DNA of 63,990 nucleotides, counting the filler, from Blastocystis sp. subtype 4 (taxonomy: Eukaryota): the NCBI RefSeq assembly GCF_000743755.1. It is 3 parts of 3 records of this genome, joined end to end, with 100 filler letters (N's around TTAATTAATTAA, not from the genome) between each part and the next. Parts side by side here need not be neighbours in the genome. Positions count along the whole stretch, not along the records: positions 1 to 25,990 come from NW_014569398.1; 2 more parts are not named here. One strand, 5' to 3'. The notes beneath the pieces were generated by a model. It ran no database searches. It was given only the letters and a program-made list of their open reading frames with translations, and had not been told where the DNA came from. Positions 1 to 13,500 of this stretch are shown here, one piece after another; position 1 is the stretch's first letter, and each line of letters begins with the position of its first letter. The position numbers and the translations under genes were made by a program.

Positions 1-328
1 AGGAAACCAGGGTTAGGAACTACAAGATAAGCTCTTCAATTGATTACAATCTTACGGAAAGCCTTAATAGCCTTTTCAGCAGTGTTTACGTTCATTCTAT
101 GTAGAAAACTGTGATCATGGAAATGTGCCACATCACGGCGGAATATGGAATGAATGATTACACAGTAGAATCTACAGTGCGATTCACATGTAATTGAATG
201 AGATTATCTCCTGTTCTCTGTGAATACGTATCTTCGAAAAAGCTTTCTTAATGCAAAGGGATCACCATGAGACGGTACAGATTATTTCATACTTACAGAG
301 TTCGATTCGTAGAAATGAACAGGATACA

Positions 329-526
329 TTATAGGCAAGGATCAATAGAAGATGTAATAAAAAGAAAGAGATAAAGATGTGTTTGTGAAAGATAATATTG
401 AAATAGTGATGAAAAGAAAAGATAATAGTTGCTTGCGTGGCGCAATTGGATAGCGCATTGGACTTCTAATCCAGAGGTTGTGGGTTCGAGTCCCACCGTT
501 AGCTTGCATTTTTGTTTTCTTTTCAT
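329..526 (+). repeat. Inverted duplication, copy 1 (ORC6 3' end + intact tRNA-Arg)
   Basis: Reverse complement of 3765-3951; differs by one substitution near the edge and an 11-nt indel. Confidence 0.92.
431..504 (+). tRNA. tRNA-Arg(UCU)
   Basis: Full cloverleaf: acceptor GCTTGCG/CGTTAGC (one U-U mismatch, one G-U), D arm GCGC/GCGC, anticodon loop CTTCTAA, T arm GTGGG-TTCGAGT-CCCAC. A T-run Pol III terminator follows. Confidence 0.93.
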
Positions 527-551
527 ACAATTTGATGGCACAAACAATCAA

Positions 552-2223
552 CTATTTCTTTATTTGATCTATTAGACATGCAGAGAGACATAGAATCATC
601 ATATATACAAAGAGAATGACAAGAGAAATCGTAGAGTCCACAAGCATTGTCTTGATACACATATTCACTGCCCCAGTCAGTACATTGGCCTTGGAATGAC
701 ACTTCGATTTCATACCTACCAGAAGGAACATAGCCAATTGGTGATCATTGAAAGAGTGAAGAATCATTGGGACATGAGCCGATCCATAAAAGACATTCAC
801 AGCATAAGAGACACTGAGAATAATCAGTGTAATGAAGAATACAAGAAGAATAAAAGCAGCATTACACTGAGTATCATTCCATCCCTGAATAACTCACCAT
901 TCGACGACTTGCTGGCTGAACATAGGTATTCAACAAGTAGAATCCACAACCACTACCTGCAGTCAACAACAGCAACCTCATAAAGAGTCCCTTCACTTTT
1001 CTATCATTCAGTAATCGACCTAGGTAGGCAGATGCCAGATACAAACTTAGGAAACCTGGGATGAGTGAAAGTAAAAGAACGTACCAATTGATGAGAACAT
1101 GCCAGCCACATTCAAGTCGAACCAGTCATTCCCTGGATTCTCGCGAATATACCTAGACGTGAAGGAACGATTTATCACTTACTCACTCAGACCCATACTC
1201 AACATTCCTTGATAATAGGTTGCAATACCAACGGCTGCTCCCAAGAGAATGAACCGAGAGGATGCAAAGAAGACAATCACATAACCTCCAGCAAGAACCA
1301 ATGCCAGAGTGAAGAAGAAATTCCAGTGTGTACCATATTCCAACTGGTTGACAACATAACCACTCCCTAGAGATCACGAATGCATTGTTCATTCACATTT
1401 CACAAAATAGAACCGTCCAAACCCAAGAATAATCAGACTCAATTCACGCTGAAAGAAACTCTGAACACTTCTACAATAAGAATGAATGAATGGTACTACG
1501 AATGCTTCATTCCTCCTACTAATCCGCTTGTCACGATATATAGACCAACTCCAATGTCCATCTGCTTCATTATTCTCAGAGATCACATACTAGACTATAA
1601 CCTGTCAAATAGGTCTTTGCATATTTGCGAGGGAATACTGTGAAATCAACTGCAAGAATTGCAAGACATCTAAATGAAACAAAGTGAATGCAAATACGTA
1701 TAAAGGACTACAATACTTCTGAAAGCAGTTATGTAACCTTTGCGATCACTCTCAACAGTTCCCTCAGTCAGAAGGATCGAAGAGTCCTTTTTTGTCTCAT
1801 CAGAGTATGAAACACTTATGATAACTACGCCAAAGAAGCGATACCATTTGTTGATAATATGAAGAATAACCCAAAATATACAAAGAATCAAATATAGCAT
1901 CTTTCGCTCTTGATAGACAGTACATACTCCAATAACGGGAATTACAAAGATAACAATTTCTAAAATGAAATGTATAATGAAAAGAACGGTTCTGGAGACA
2001 TTTCTATACCACTATTGGTGATGTTGACATATCCAATGAATACACTTCCTTTAAATAACAGATCACAGATTTCATGGTATATTCCAAATAAAAAAGGTAC
2101 AATAAGGATAGTTAATAAGATGTCACTGAGTGAACATCCATACACGTTTATTGAAAACAGTTCTTTTCCTTGACGGTAGTTGTTCAAAGCAACTCCGACG
2201 AGTTCTTCGGTGTTGTCACTCAT
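552..2223 (-). CDS. PIGW: GPI inositol acyltransferase PIG-W/GWT1 (multi-exon)
   Basis: Spliced translation contains AILAVDFTVFPRKYAKT..GYSLMDIGVG, EYGTHWNFFFTLA and FLLANVLTGAVN, which are GWT1 motifs. Confidence 0.88.
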
Positions 2224-2292
2224 GTAGACAAAAGTGTGTCTCAAATGGAAATTTTGAAAATAACAAAATTGTAAGATATTTGCACAAACAAC

Positions 2293-3719
2293 TCATTCAG
2301 GTTCCACTTCAACTCGAATACTATCAAGTCCTTCCAATAGTGACTTATGTTCATCTGAATATAAACTAAAATGGTTCATGCATTTTAGGCACTTCATTTT
2401 CGATAAGCAATGAATGCAATCAATATCATTCTACACTTAATCATAAGTAACGTAACTACACTCAATACTCCACCATAAGTGCTCAGTCCACATAAACAAT
2501 ACATAGTATGATACAAATCGCTTCGCATATCAGGTTTATCCCTAAGACCTCCATCCCCACACTGCTCCATCTTGAAACAATATTCAAGCAATCCATCACG
2601 ATTCCACAGTGGTTCGATCTTTATATGAATTCAATTCAAATCCAATACACCACGATACTCACTTACCAAACGAATTGCGGCTCCAACATACCAAGAATAA
2701 CAACCGTCAACCAATTTATTAGTTCGACCGTTAAATCCACCTTCTAGACTACATTGACGACTATATAGCCAATGCTAGCCATGAGCTTTGAATATTACTC
2801 CTACCTCAAGATTGACCAAATCACATTCGTTTAGAGCATTTAGAATACTCAAACATGCTACTGCACAGAAAGTATAACCACCATGGGCCTCAGTACAAGG
2901 ACGGCCTCCGAATCCTCCTTCATACGTTTGACAACTTAATATGAACTCCTTAACTCCATAAATCAATTCAGGTGTCAACATGTGCAATAATCGACTTATG
3001 GACAAAACACAGTAACAGCTACGACAATCGCTTTCACTAAATCTCAGTTCTGATCCAAACAAGTACCCATTAACATGAACAGAGAAAGAACCATCTGGTT
3101 GCTTTTGAGATAGAAAGAATCTATACAATTCATTGCGATGAATATCTTCAAAGCGCTCTAGGCAAATCAGACTATTGACTGCTGCATAAGTCGTCATTGT
3201 ATGAGGATACTACAAGTCAATCCAATCAAGAACCATAACTTCGCTTCCACTTCCCGCATATCCTCCGAACATCGTTCGATTGTTTTCAATAGAAGCACTA
3301 GCATTTCTTCCTTCAATTGATGAACAAGGGTCTAGTCCCAATAAATCTAATGAATTTAGAACGTGGTAATAGAGCCAAGGTTTGCTATATATAAGTGGAA
3401 TATCCTTTTCTTACGAGCTTGCCTGACTCATACAGCGATATCCTAAATCCCCTAGATGGCGTTTCAAATAGGCTTCATGTTCTTTAATCAGCAAATCCAC
3501 TTCTCCAGATTCCTTGAACAAACCAGAAGAGATACGAGTATTACGTTCAGTTTCGGATAATTCGGAGAATGGAATGAGATAATACGCACACGTTTCTTCA
3601 CAGTCTTGCTGTGCCAAAGAAGAGGAGGTGAGTAGACTATCCCAATTCTTCTGTTCATGTTCTTTATGGGCTCGTGATACATTTGATCCTCTTCTAACAA
3701 ATTCCGAATTCGTTTCCAT
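2293..3719 (-). CDS. FNTB: Protein farnesyltransferase beta subunit (multi-exon)
   Basis: Prenyltransferase repeats CQTYEGGFGG..EAHGGYTFCA and GGLRDKPD..SDLYHTMYCLCGLS. N-terminal 'SLAQQDCE' and 'PWLYYH' motifs are typical of RAM1/FNTB. Confidence 0.88.
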
Positions 3720-3764
3720 TTTGTCTCAGTAAAGCTCCACTCAAGTATAACAAAGAAAGAAGAA

Positions 3765-3951
3765 ATGAAAAGAAAACAAAAATGCAAGCTAACGGTGGGA
3801 CTCGAACCCACAACCTCTGGATTAGAAGTCCAATGCGCTATCCAATTGCGCCACTTATCTTTTCTTTTCATCACTATTTCAATATTATCTTTCACAAACA
3901 CATCTTTATCTCTTTCTTTTTATTACATCTTCTATTGATCCTTGCTTATAA
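3765..3951 (-). repeat. Inverted duplication, copy 2 (ORC6 3' end + truncated tRNA)
   Basis: Matches 329-526 in reverse orientation. Confidence 0.92.
3787..3854 (-). pseudogene. tRNA-Arg(UCU) pseudogene, 5' acceptor strand deleted
   Basis: Identical to the 431-504 tRNA except that TAGTTGCTTGC is missing, which removes the first 6 nt of the acceptor stem. Confidence 0.85.
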
Positions 3952-4857
3952 CATACTTTCTTCGAAGGGACTTCCTTCTTTTCTGATAATACTAGATCCT
4001 TCCATCGTTTATATGCTTCTGCCTTCTTGATCGCCTCTCTGACTCCTGGCTCATTAGCAGATCCAACTTCTTCTCCTAATTCAACCTTTAATCGTATCTC
4101 TTTTTCTCTTGCAACTACATCGTACACATGATCCATATATACTCTTTTCTTCCTTCTGTGATTTCTCTTCCTCAGTATCGCGATATCCTAAACGTTATTT
4201 TCCATAACATGGACTACGGTAATCAGGAAACATATCTTCAATTCGATGGACTGTATCATCAAAGAGTACTCGTTGGATAGAATAATCGTCACATAGCTTG
4301 TCTCGGTTTAAAGAATTTCCTTCTTTCCGAATAATGACATACATCATTGCCACAGCAAGGCAAGGAGCAAAGCGAATCGTCTGATTTAGCGAATTATCCA
4401 TGGCTTCCATTTTTCTTTTCTTATAATCACCGCTATTTCAAGTTCTTACTTTGTATAGATGGAGCATCGCTTGGATTTTATCATTATACCGCTGGAAACC
4501 ATATTTCTCTGTCAATAACTCCAATTTGGGAATGATAGAAATGCCCAAAGTGGCAGATATGATGCTAACTACATTCCGATATGCACTTGGATCTGCTAAC
4601 ATAGATCGTTTACAAATATCACCATAGTCAAATGGAATTCCGTTTTCACTACATATCGGACTCAATTACATTTGTTACCGTAAAGCCAATTCAAAGGATG
4701 CAGCAGGAATGGCAACTCTGAACTACCTTATTTTACTCACCAAACAATCCATTACAGGCCGCAAAGCGGAAATCCGTTCAGCCTTGTCAATGATATCTTT
4801 TGTTCGTTCGATGATTTTTCTTTCAGTGATATGATAAATCTCAAAGAGATAACTCAT
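3906..4857 (-). CDS. ORC6: Origin recognition complex subunit 6-like (multi-exon)
   Basis: TFIIB-like N-terminus (AIPAASFELA..DYGDICKRS..AYRNVVSIISATLG..LTEKYG) and C-terminal 'YKRWKDLVL' motif. Confidence 0.7.
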
Positions 4858-4911
4858 AGACAGAAACAAACATGCTATTTAGCTGATTACGTTATCTCAA
4901 GAGGAAAATGG

Positions 4912-5704
4912 CTATAAGTTCAAACTGGAATTATTCTTTCCTTTAATGGAAATGATGCGCGACGATTTGAGTTTGGGGTTCTTCCTTTCTTCAGCTGCTA
5001 TATCTGGTTTCTTTACACATTGGATAGCTTTCTTCACAACCGTATTCTCGGTGGTAAGATTATCAAGAGCAATTTGGAGATATCGTTTCCGTACTATCTG
5101 ACTCATATAACCAAGAGTCAGAATATAACGTAGAGGATCACTGCATGTTAATAATATCCTAATCCATACAATAGGTTTACTGCTACATAGGAAAGAATAA
5201 GATAACTAGCCTAAACTCATATCCAGATCTCAGTACTCACTTGTGGATAACGTAGGACTAAATCTGTATAACTACTTGTGAACGAATATTTGTTCATAAG
5301 GGTAATGAGAGAATCCATATCCAGTACGCCATATCTAATAAAACCATAACAGATACCCCAGAAGACTAGAAATCTAGTATCAATTCGAGAACTAAGACTT
5401 ACGTCACTGAATGAAATACAATGACTCGTACTCCACCAAGTTTTATGACTTGATTCTTAATACCGCTAAGGCGTTTGAGAAGAGGTAATTTCCGGTTTTC
5501 GGGTTCATCTATCATATTGTAAATATCTTTCCATGTTATTTTCTGATTGGGTTTACTTCCCGACGAAGTGGAGACTACATATCATTTCTTACTTCGACTT
5601 TTACAATATCGGTTAACGTCCGGACGAAACGAAAGATCGTAAACATAATTATAACGAAGATTTACAGAAGTCGGAATCTGTGTACATAACGACTTTATTA
5701 ACAT
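4912..5704 (-). CDS. Hypothetical membrane protein, possibly DUF1279/FAM210-like (exon structure uncertain)
   Basis: Several ~30-nt GT-AG introns, hydrophobic exons ('SYVAVNLL..DPLRYILTLG'), terminal ORF 4912-5106, and TGTTTGTT at 4865-4872. Confidence 0.4.
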
Positions 5705-5795
5705 GTGCGTCCTGATAACGCCTCTGTCCAACGAAAACATCATTTTGATCATAATTACTACTTATTCTAACACACAATCTGATAAATGAACAAAA

Positions 5796-7597
5796 CTAAT
5801 CGGTGACCATATCTTGAAGCTTCTTAAAGAATGCAGTTGACTTGAAATCATCACTTTTACTGCTCTCTTTTCCCTTTGTTACGTTCTTCGCCTACAACTC
5901 ATTCCCTTTCTCTATTGTTACCTCTAACGATTCTTTTATCTTGCGATTCTCCAGAATACGACGTGCCTTCTCATCATAGGCGGCACGCTCATGCAACTCA
6001 TTTTCAGCACGAATCTTCTTCGCATGACGTCTTGCCTTCTTCGCCTATTCCATTATTTCATTCTCTCGTATCTACTCTGCGTTCTCGTTCTCTTTCATCC
6101 TGAGACTTTTCACTCTCTCCCTTAAGTACCTTCCTATCACCTTTATAGATCTGTATCTCAGCACCATCCACTCTCCTACTTCTTCAGGAGTCTGCTGTGT
6201 CTCTGAAGATACACTAATAGGCAGAGCTTCTTCCATAGCCAGGGCAGGTGCCGTTGAAACGACAGAAAGAGTCTTCACAGCTGCAGAAGGAGTGAAATTA
6301 GCATTCGAAAGACGATCCAAAGCCACACACAATCGTGTGAACATAACTTGAAGTTCTTTCTTCCCATTAGTACTCTCCTTCCTATCTTACCTTCTTAGTA
6401 TCCAGTTCTTGTTTCTGTTTATCATAATTATGAACTTGAAGCATGTATTCATCCTCATAAATCTCTCCCAGACCTTTTGTGCTCTTCTCTGTAGAAACTT
6501 CTTCCAGTGGTTTCTTCTCCTTCTCACGAGGAGCAGCCTTACGAACAGGATCATCAAATGCTTGATCCAGAATTCGCTTCTAAACATGATAAAAAAGGGA
6601 GAAGGAAAACTTTAATCAGATCCTCAAGAGAGAGAGTACTTTCCACTGTACTAACCGGTGCTGTTGCTCCGATTCGGTCAACATCAAGATCGACCTCCAA
6701 CAATTCATTCTCTCCTCGTTTGGAAGCTGTAGCTTCGCCCATCAACTCCCAACTTCGAGGCTTTAGAAGAGTGTCTTCCAGTTCTGAGATCTGTCGTTTC
6801 AGTTTTTTCTTCTCTTCATCTTCCTCTTCCTCACTCTCTTCTTCATCCTCATCTGTTTCTATGGATAAATCATGTTATGTGCAGTCACCAATGGGTTGCA
6901 TGAGATCAACCTCTTCGCTGCTCTCTTCACCCGCTTCTTCTTTAGCTAACTGTTCTTCTTCATAATCTCCAAACTTTTGCATTTCGGCCCACAGTTGTTT
7001 ATCATCGAGTGGCTTCTCTTCTCCTTCCTCACTCTCCATTTCGCTGTTATCCTTTTCACTCTCTACAATACTATTGTCTTCTTCACTTTCTCCGTTATCT
7101 TCCAACAACTCTTTGGCATCACTTAAATCCTCATCGCTTTCCACTATTTCGCTCTCTTCACTATCAATGTTAGCATTTTCACTCTCTGCTTCCTCCTCCA
7201 TCTCACTACCACTCTCAACAACTTCTGTTTTGCCAAGATCAGTAAGAACACGTTTGTAGTGTTCTAAAAGCGGTTCCACCTACAAAACAAACAAACCTAG
7301 TTCCAATTACACGAAGACGAATTTGTTCCCAGATTCCTTCAGCATCAAAACCATCAGTATACAATTCAGGAAGATCACCAAACGGCTCAAGTTCTAGCGA
7401 CTTTGCTATTGATTACATATCACCGCCAAAAAGCACCAATTCCAAAGAGCATCTTCAAAACATCCTTTAGAGCATTCTTAAACTCCTCATTGCCATTTAT
7501 AAATCCCTTGAACTCATGATCACAAAGAAATAAATACTTCTGGATGATTCACAACCTTCTCTTCGAATTCGGTAATGATGTGTTGATCGATATCCAT
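5796..7597 (-). CDS. MPP10: U3 snoRNP protein MPP10 (multi-exon)
   Basis: LPELYTDGFDAEGIWEQI, an acidic region, NELLEVDLDVD..APV..LEDLIK.RILDQAFDDP, LDRLSNANFTP..AMEEALP, and KSTAFFKKLQD. Confidence 0.9.
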
Positions 7598-7749
7598 GAT
7601 AAATGGTCTACTATCAACTGTTCCTAAAATACAACCGGAAGAGTGGCAGAAGAGGGTTATTGAGATAGTCAACTATAATAGGATCTTTTTATGGAGTTAC
7701 GGAAATTCAACCCTTTTCTGAATTGTTTTTCAAACGACATTCGTTAATT

Positions 7750-8875
7750 ATGGCTCTTCGAGCTAGGGAAGATGTGGAAATGGAAGAGGTAATCTGTTTT
7801 CTATTGTCTGAACTCGTCTAGGAGGGAGGGCCTCTTCCAATTGCCAAACTAGAGTCTGTTGGAATCAATGCAGCAACTATCAAGAAGCTACAGGAAGCGG
7901 GTTATTACACTGTCGAGTCTGTAATGATTGCGATTTTGAGTAACGTGAAGGTAGCCTTTTCCACAATGAAGAAATTGGTCGACGTAAAAGGAATAAGTGA
8001 AGTGAATGCTCAAAAGATTCAACAAGCCGCCTCGAAACTAATCCCTATGGGTTTCACAACAGTACAGCCTATCTGTAGACCTCATAGCTCAGGCAACAGA
8101 ATATAACAAGCAACGACAAGACATTGTACACATCTCAACAGGCTGTAAGGAGTTGGATTCTATTCTTGGAGGTAAGAGTATTCTGTTTATTTAACTAAAA
8201 GGAGGAATGGAAACAGGATCGATCACTGAACTGTATGGAGAGTTCAGAACAGGAAAGACACAGTTGTGCCACACTCTGTGTGTAATTTGTCAACTTCCTA
8301 TTGAGCAAGGTGGAGCAGAAGGAAAAGCGATGTATATTGACACAGAGGGTACTTTTCGACCAGAGCGTCTGGTGCAGATTAGTCGCCGCTTTAATCTAGA
8401 CCCAGATGCGGTGCTGGACAACGTCACCTGTGCTCGTGCCTACAATAGTGAACATCAACAGCAACTTCTCATTGAAGCAAGCGCCCTAATGTCAGAATCA
8501 CGATATGCAATTATGATTGTGGATTCTGCAACAGCTCTCTTTCGTACAGACTATACAGGTCGAGGTGAATTGGCAACTCGTCAACAGAATCTCGCCCAAT
8601 TCCTACGTGGATTACAGAAGCTGGCTGATGAATATGGAATTGCTGTAGTGGTAACCAACCAGGTCGTTGCAAATCCAGATAGCGGTGTGTTTGCAAAGGA
8701 TCCTCTCAAACCTATTGGAGGCAACATTATGGCTCATGCAAGTCAAACCAGACTCCGGTTGAAAAAAGGACGAGGAACAACTCGAATATGCAAGGTTGTG
8801 GATTCTCCATGTCTTGGAGAAGCCGAGGCATCTTTTGGTATTTCAGAGGAGGGGGTGGTAGAAGCAACAGAGTAA
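7750..8875 (+). CDS. RAD51: DNA recombinase RAD51 (4 introns)
   Basis: [11 protein letters not shown]alker [32 protein letters not shown] and [12 protein letters not shown]. Introns of 30-33 nt restore the N-terminal domain. Confidence 0.96.
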
Positions 8876-9093
8876 TGTAACCATTTGTTTTTTGACAATT
8901 GATAATAATCAAATTAATGGGTCCCTATTATGGGGGTATTTGGTCCAAGTATACCCTATTTTTGTTCATGTGCATGACGAGTTCTCACAATTTGTAAGCT
9001 TTAATCCTAATTTCCTTACCGTATGTTGTGGAACAGTGAGAAGTTTTGATTCTGAAATTGTGGAACGGTTTTACTCACAGTCTGGAATAGACA

Positions 9094-10467
9094 ATGTCTG
9101 AAGAGGTAACTGCTGTCGCCACCGAAACCAAGACTACTACTGATGCTCCCCGCGAACGTGCCCCTCGAATTGACTTCGAATCAATGAGTATTGAAGAGCT
9201 CAAGGCATTTGTTGAAAAGCCCATCGAGAAGGTTCCTATGCCAAGCAAGAAGGCTATGGAGGAGGCTGTTGCTAAAATTGAAAGCGAAATCGCTACCATG
9301 AGAGCTCGTTTTGATGAGATCAAGGCCGAGCGTGAGATGATCTTCGCTGGCTTCCGTCTTCAGAAGGTGGGTATTAGAGGGATTAGTTAGTCGTAGCAAG
9401 CTAGAGAAGAGAGCTTTTCTGCCCGTAAGGCTCTTTTCGATTCTCGTAACGAGTTGACGGCTAAGAGAGAAGCTGCGTTCACGGAGTTTAATTCCTTGAA
9501 GACACAGTTGGAATCTATCCGTGCTTCTCTGAAGCAGGCAAGCCGTGTGAAGCCTGCTGAGCTTGAGGAGAAAATCCGTAATGCTGAGATGAAGATCGAG
9601 ACTGAGTCGCTGTCTATGAAGGAGGAGAAAGAACTTCGTCGTCAGATTATGCAGTGGGAGGCTGATCTGCGTACCGCAAAGGTCAGTGATGGTCTCTATG
9701 AGAAGCGTGAGTCTCTGGAGGAGTCTATGAAGAAGGTGCGTGCAACATTGGATACCATCAAGAAGCAACTGGATGAAGTGTACACGAAGCTTGGCGCTGA
9801 ACGAAAGGAGAAGAAGGAAGAGGGTGAAGAGAAGAAGGAGGAGAAGGAAGATCCCGTGAAGAAGCTGAATGAGGAGTGGGAGGCAAACAAGGCTGCTATT
9901 GACGCCAAGTATGCTGAGAAGAAGGCTTTGATGAACGAGTACTACCAGAAGGAGCGTGCTTTCAGGCAATATACCTTTGAGAACAAGCGTATGAATGCTG
10001 CTCGTTATGTACTGGAGAGAAAGAACGAGGAATTAGAAGAGGCCGAACGCCAAAAAAAGGAAGCAGAAGAGGCTCTGAAGCGACATCCTTTTGAAAAGGA
10101 AATGGCTCTATGTGACTCCGTGATTAGCTATCTGAAAGGTTTGTTGCCTGCTGAGAAGAAGGCTGCAAAGCTGGGAAGTGAAATCAAAGTTCCTGAGGGT
10201 ATGACACTGATGAAGAAGGAGGAACAGGACTATTTCTCCGTACCTGGAGGTAGGAAGAATAAGAAGGAAAGAAAAGCTTCGAAGAAGAACAACTTCTTGG
10301 TGCACAACCTGTCTTCTCTGGAATCTTTCTCCACTATTCGTATTGTTGCTCCTAATACGGTTGAAGAAGTTGAGCCTTGTATTGAGAAGGTTGTTGCAAG
10401 AAAGGCTTTCTTTGATAAGCTTCCTCGCGGGTCTGATATTGATGCTGAACTTGCTAAGGAGAACTAA
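9094..10467 (+). CDS. Coiled-coil protein, BFR1/proton-pump-interactor-like (1 intron ~9367-9396)
   Basis: K/E-rich coiled coil, HPFEKEMALCDSVISYL, and C-terminal LVHNLSSLESFS...P.T.EEV motif. Biased codon usage suggests high expression. Confidence 0.6.
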
Positions 10468-10597
10468 ATCATCGGGTTAAGATATGATGGTAGTTACATT
10501 ATTGGATTGTTTCTTTCAAATCTATGAATCACGGTTTTTTCCCACTTTTGACGATTCAGATCCGAGCTCTTTTGGTACTAGAAATAAGTGAAGGAGG

Positions 10598-13500
10598 ATG
10601 GACAATAACATGTCTTTGGCGCAGGAAATCCGCCTTACAATCCACAGAATGGGTAGTCAAGGGCAGGAGTCGATTCGAAAGCTCAAAGCCGTATCTGTTG
10701 ATTCCTTGGTATTACTCTGTAGTACCTTTCTGCGTACAACACAGATGCATTTATCATCGAAATCAAGTATCTGGTTGAGGATTTGATGGGTCATCCTGAT
10801 GATCAAACCATGGTTGTAGATATGAAGGTTTTTCGTTGCCATTTGGAGTTGTAATGCATAGAAACAGTATATAGAAATGATTTTCCAGCATCTTCTGACT
10901 CAACATCCCTCAGGAGCTGTCATCGTCAAGACAGTATTTATTTTTAGTTTATTCGTTATTGTCTAGGCTTTTGATATGATTGATTTGCCTCCAGGTGCTA
11001 CAAATTACCTTCAGTTCTTCTTCGATAAATGTGCCGTTAGCAACGAAACTATGATATGGATATGCATCTGCACATCGACTTGTGCAAAGCAGGCCATTCG
11101 TCAAGTTCGTAGCGGTTTATATACTTCATCTGTAGGAAGCCATTCAACTGATCCGTATGTTCATTCCATTGATTCAGAAGGGTGATGTTTCCATTTCCCC
11201 ATCCCTGCTTCGTGAGCTTCAGGAATGGACTGTCATGGTTTGATTCCTTCCCTTGCATCATCTCTAGAACTCACGATCGCAAACTCCATCCCAGCAGAAC
11301 CCTCCCAAAGATGCGGATTTTGCACTTCCAAATCGTATCGGTCGATTACTCTCAGAGCTTGGTTGTGCTGCCTCTTCCATTGATACCTTACGCAGTATCT
11401 TCATGATTGGAGGTGATGCTGTGAAATCTCTAGATCTGACAGGCTTGATGTATATACTGGTCCTGGTAGCCAATCAAGAAGATGCATCTCCTACCACTCC
11501 AAATGTCCTTTCGACTGAAACCAAGGAAGATATTCAATCGATTCTCAAACAGTATCCGGATCTTCGATCATTGTCTCCTACCAATCTCCGTTGGGAGTAT
11601 GGGAAGTTGGCAACTGTAATTAAGGAGTTGTTACCTCTGGATTATGACCGATTCCTCTTTGCTCTCGATAATTCCATCTTCTTCCTGAAGGGAACGAAAG
11701 GATTGCATTTTCTTGTTGCTATCGCTAAGGAACTCTCAGGCAAATCGATACCTGACGATCTGTTGTATAGGATGTGGAAGAATCCAGACAGACAAGTCAC
11801 ATTCCTTCAGTGGTTGCTGGATTCACCAGATGATCTGGTTGATTTCTCTGCCTCGCCTAATCAAATCGTGGTGGTTGAGAAAAGGGTTGATCTTTAGATG
11901 GCTCCTGCTTTTTTCACTGGTGAGGTGAAGTCCTGCTGGACGTCACTGGATCTGTTGCAAATCATTCTTCAACTCCAAGTGCAGAGTGAGGCAGCTCTGA
12001 GTCTTCATAGATTGCGTATCAAAACAGCGATGGATGTGACGGTGCTAATGGTTGCTCTGGTACAATTGAAGTCTGTGTGGACAGAGCCTCGTTTCAAGAT
12101 GATGGCTTGGGTCCTCCTTCAGAAGACAATGACCTTGATGAAGCGTCGAGACCAACAGCTCTCACTCACCTCCTGCATGCAATTGTTCTTTGTGACTTCT
12201 CCCAAGGAGACTTTGGAATGTGTGCTGCGTGCCTATTGCTTCAGTATTGAGAGTCCTAATACCTATTCCTTCTTCTCTATCCTTTACGATGCTTGCTACA
12301 CCATTCCTTCTTTCATTGTCTCCCTCCTCAAGATCCCTCCGACTCGAACATCGTTACGTCTACTGGTTCACATTCTTTTCCTTGAAGCTTTTCCTCGGAA
12401 TATGGATTCATTGAAGGCACATCTTGATGATTTGTATGAGATCTCGGGAAACGATCTAATTCTTCTCTTGCTTACTCTGGTGGAGGAGTATGTCAATAAT
12501 CGATTGATTGTGATTGATCAACCTCTACTGGCTGCTTGGACGATGCGTTATCTTCAACTTTTCGTTCCTACGATGAACAGTGTGTTCAGACAGCAATATA
12601 TGGAACTATCACAACGATTACAAATGCCTACCTCTGCTCGTGTTCCATTAGCAACCCTATTCCAGAGTTGGTTTAATCTAAAGACTGTACCTGAACGTCA
12701 ATCCTTTATTGGAGAACTGTCAGATATGAAATCGACTTCAGATGGTATTCTCTACATTCAATCAGTCATTGAAGAAGCATTGAAATATCTACAGTCTGTT
12801 AATCTCTCACGATCTGAGACAACTAGTCTGGTTGAATTATTAGTCTTGCTCACAAAGAATAAGCTTGTTAATCAAGGCAATCTGAATGATATGATCATGT
12901 TCATTTGTACTGCATATTCGATGCCTTCGGCTCAAACCAATTATGCTGCTTCTTTGTTACTCAAAGGATTAGGTCCAATTCTCCAGACAATTCCACGATA
13001 TCTGCAAGCTGTTCTGTCTGATCCCACAGTCCAGAAGGTTCCTGCTGTCTACCAAGAGTTCAAGTTGCTTCTCTCCCAGACTGTGGGAGTTACAGACACC
13101 GCTGATGCCTCTATCTCTCCAAACTTCACGCCTGCTGAAGCCACCGTACAGTCTCCCGTATCAAAAGAGCGTTTATCCCAATCCCGCAGTCATCTCCGCG
13201 AGTTGATTACACAGCCTATTCAACCTATTCATGCAGATCCAATTGAGAATATTCCTGAAGATCGAGTGAAGAATCGTATATCTGTTCTTATCAACAATGT
13301 AACTGTTTCAAATATTGACTCCAAAATTGAGGACTTCCTCTCACTTGTAACACCTGAGTTTGAATCCTGGTTTGCTGATTATCTTGTTCGGTCTCGCTGT
13401 GAACGTCAGACCAATTATCATGCACTGTATTTGGATCTGGTTGATCGTATTGTGAAGATGCGTGGATCACATTTGATGGATGAAGTGTTACGTCTCTCTA

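Noticed and set aside
1..300. Possible 5' end of a minus-strand gene (MNVNTAEKAIKAF...)
   Set aside because: Too short and truncated by the window edge to support a call.
329..551. Short ORFs overlapping the tRNA copies (also 3488-3901 and 3782-4030)
   Set aside because: Spurious translations of tRNA and repeat sequence.
7750..8875. Possible meiotic DMC1
   Set aside because: Diagnostic residues ([21 protein letters not shown]) match RAD51.
9181..9969. 262-aa antisense ORF (and similar shadow ORFs at 6507-6965, 41970-42539 and 47667-48233)
   Set aside because: Antisense shadows of biased, K/E-rich coding sequence with no independent motifs.
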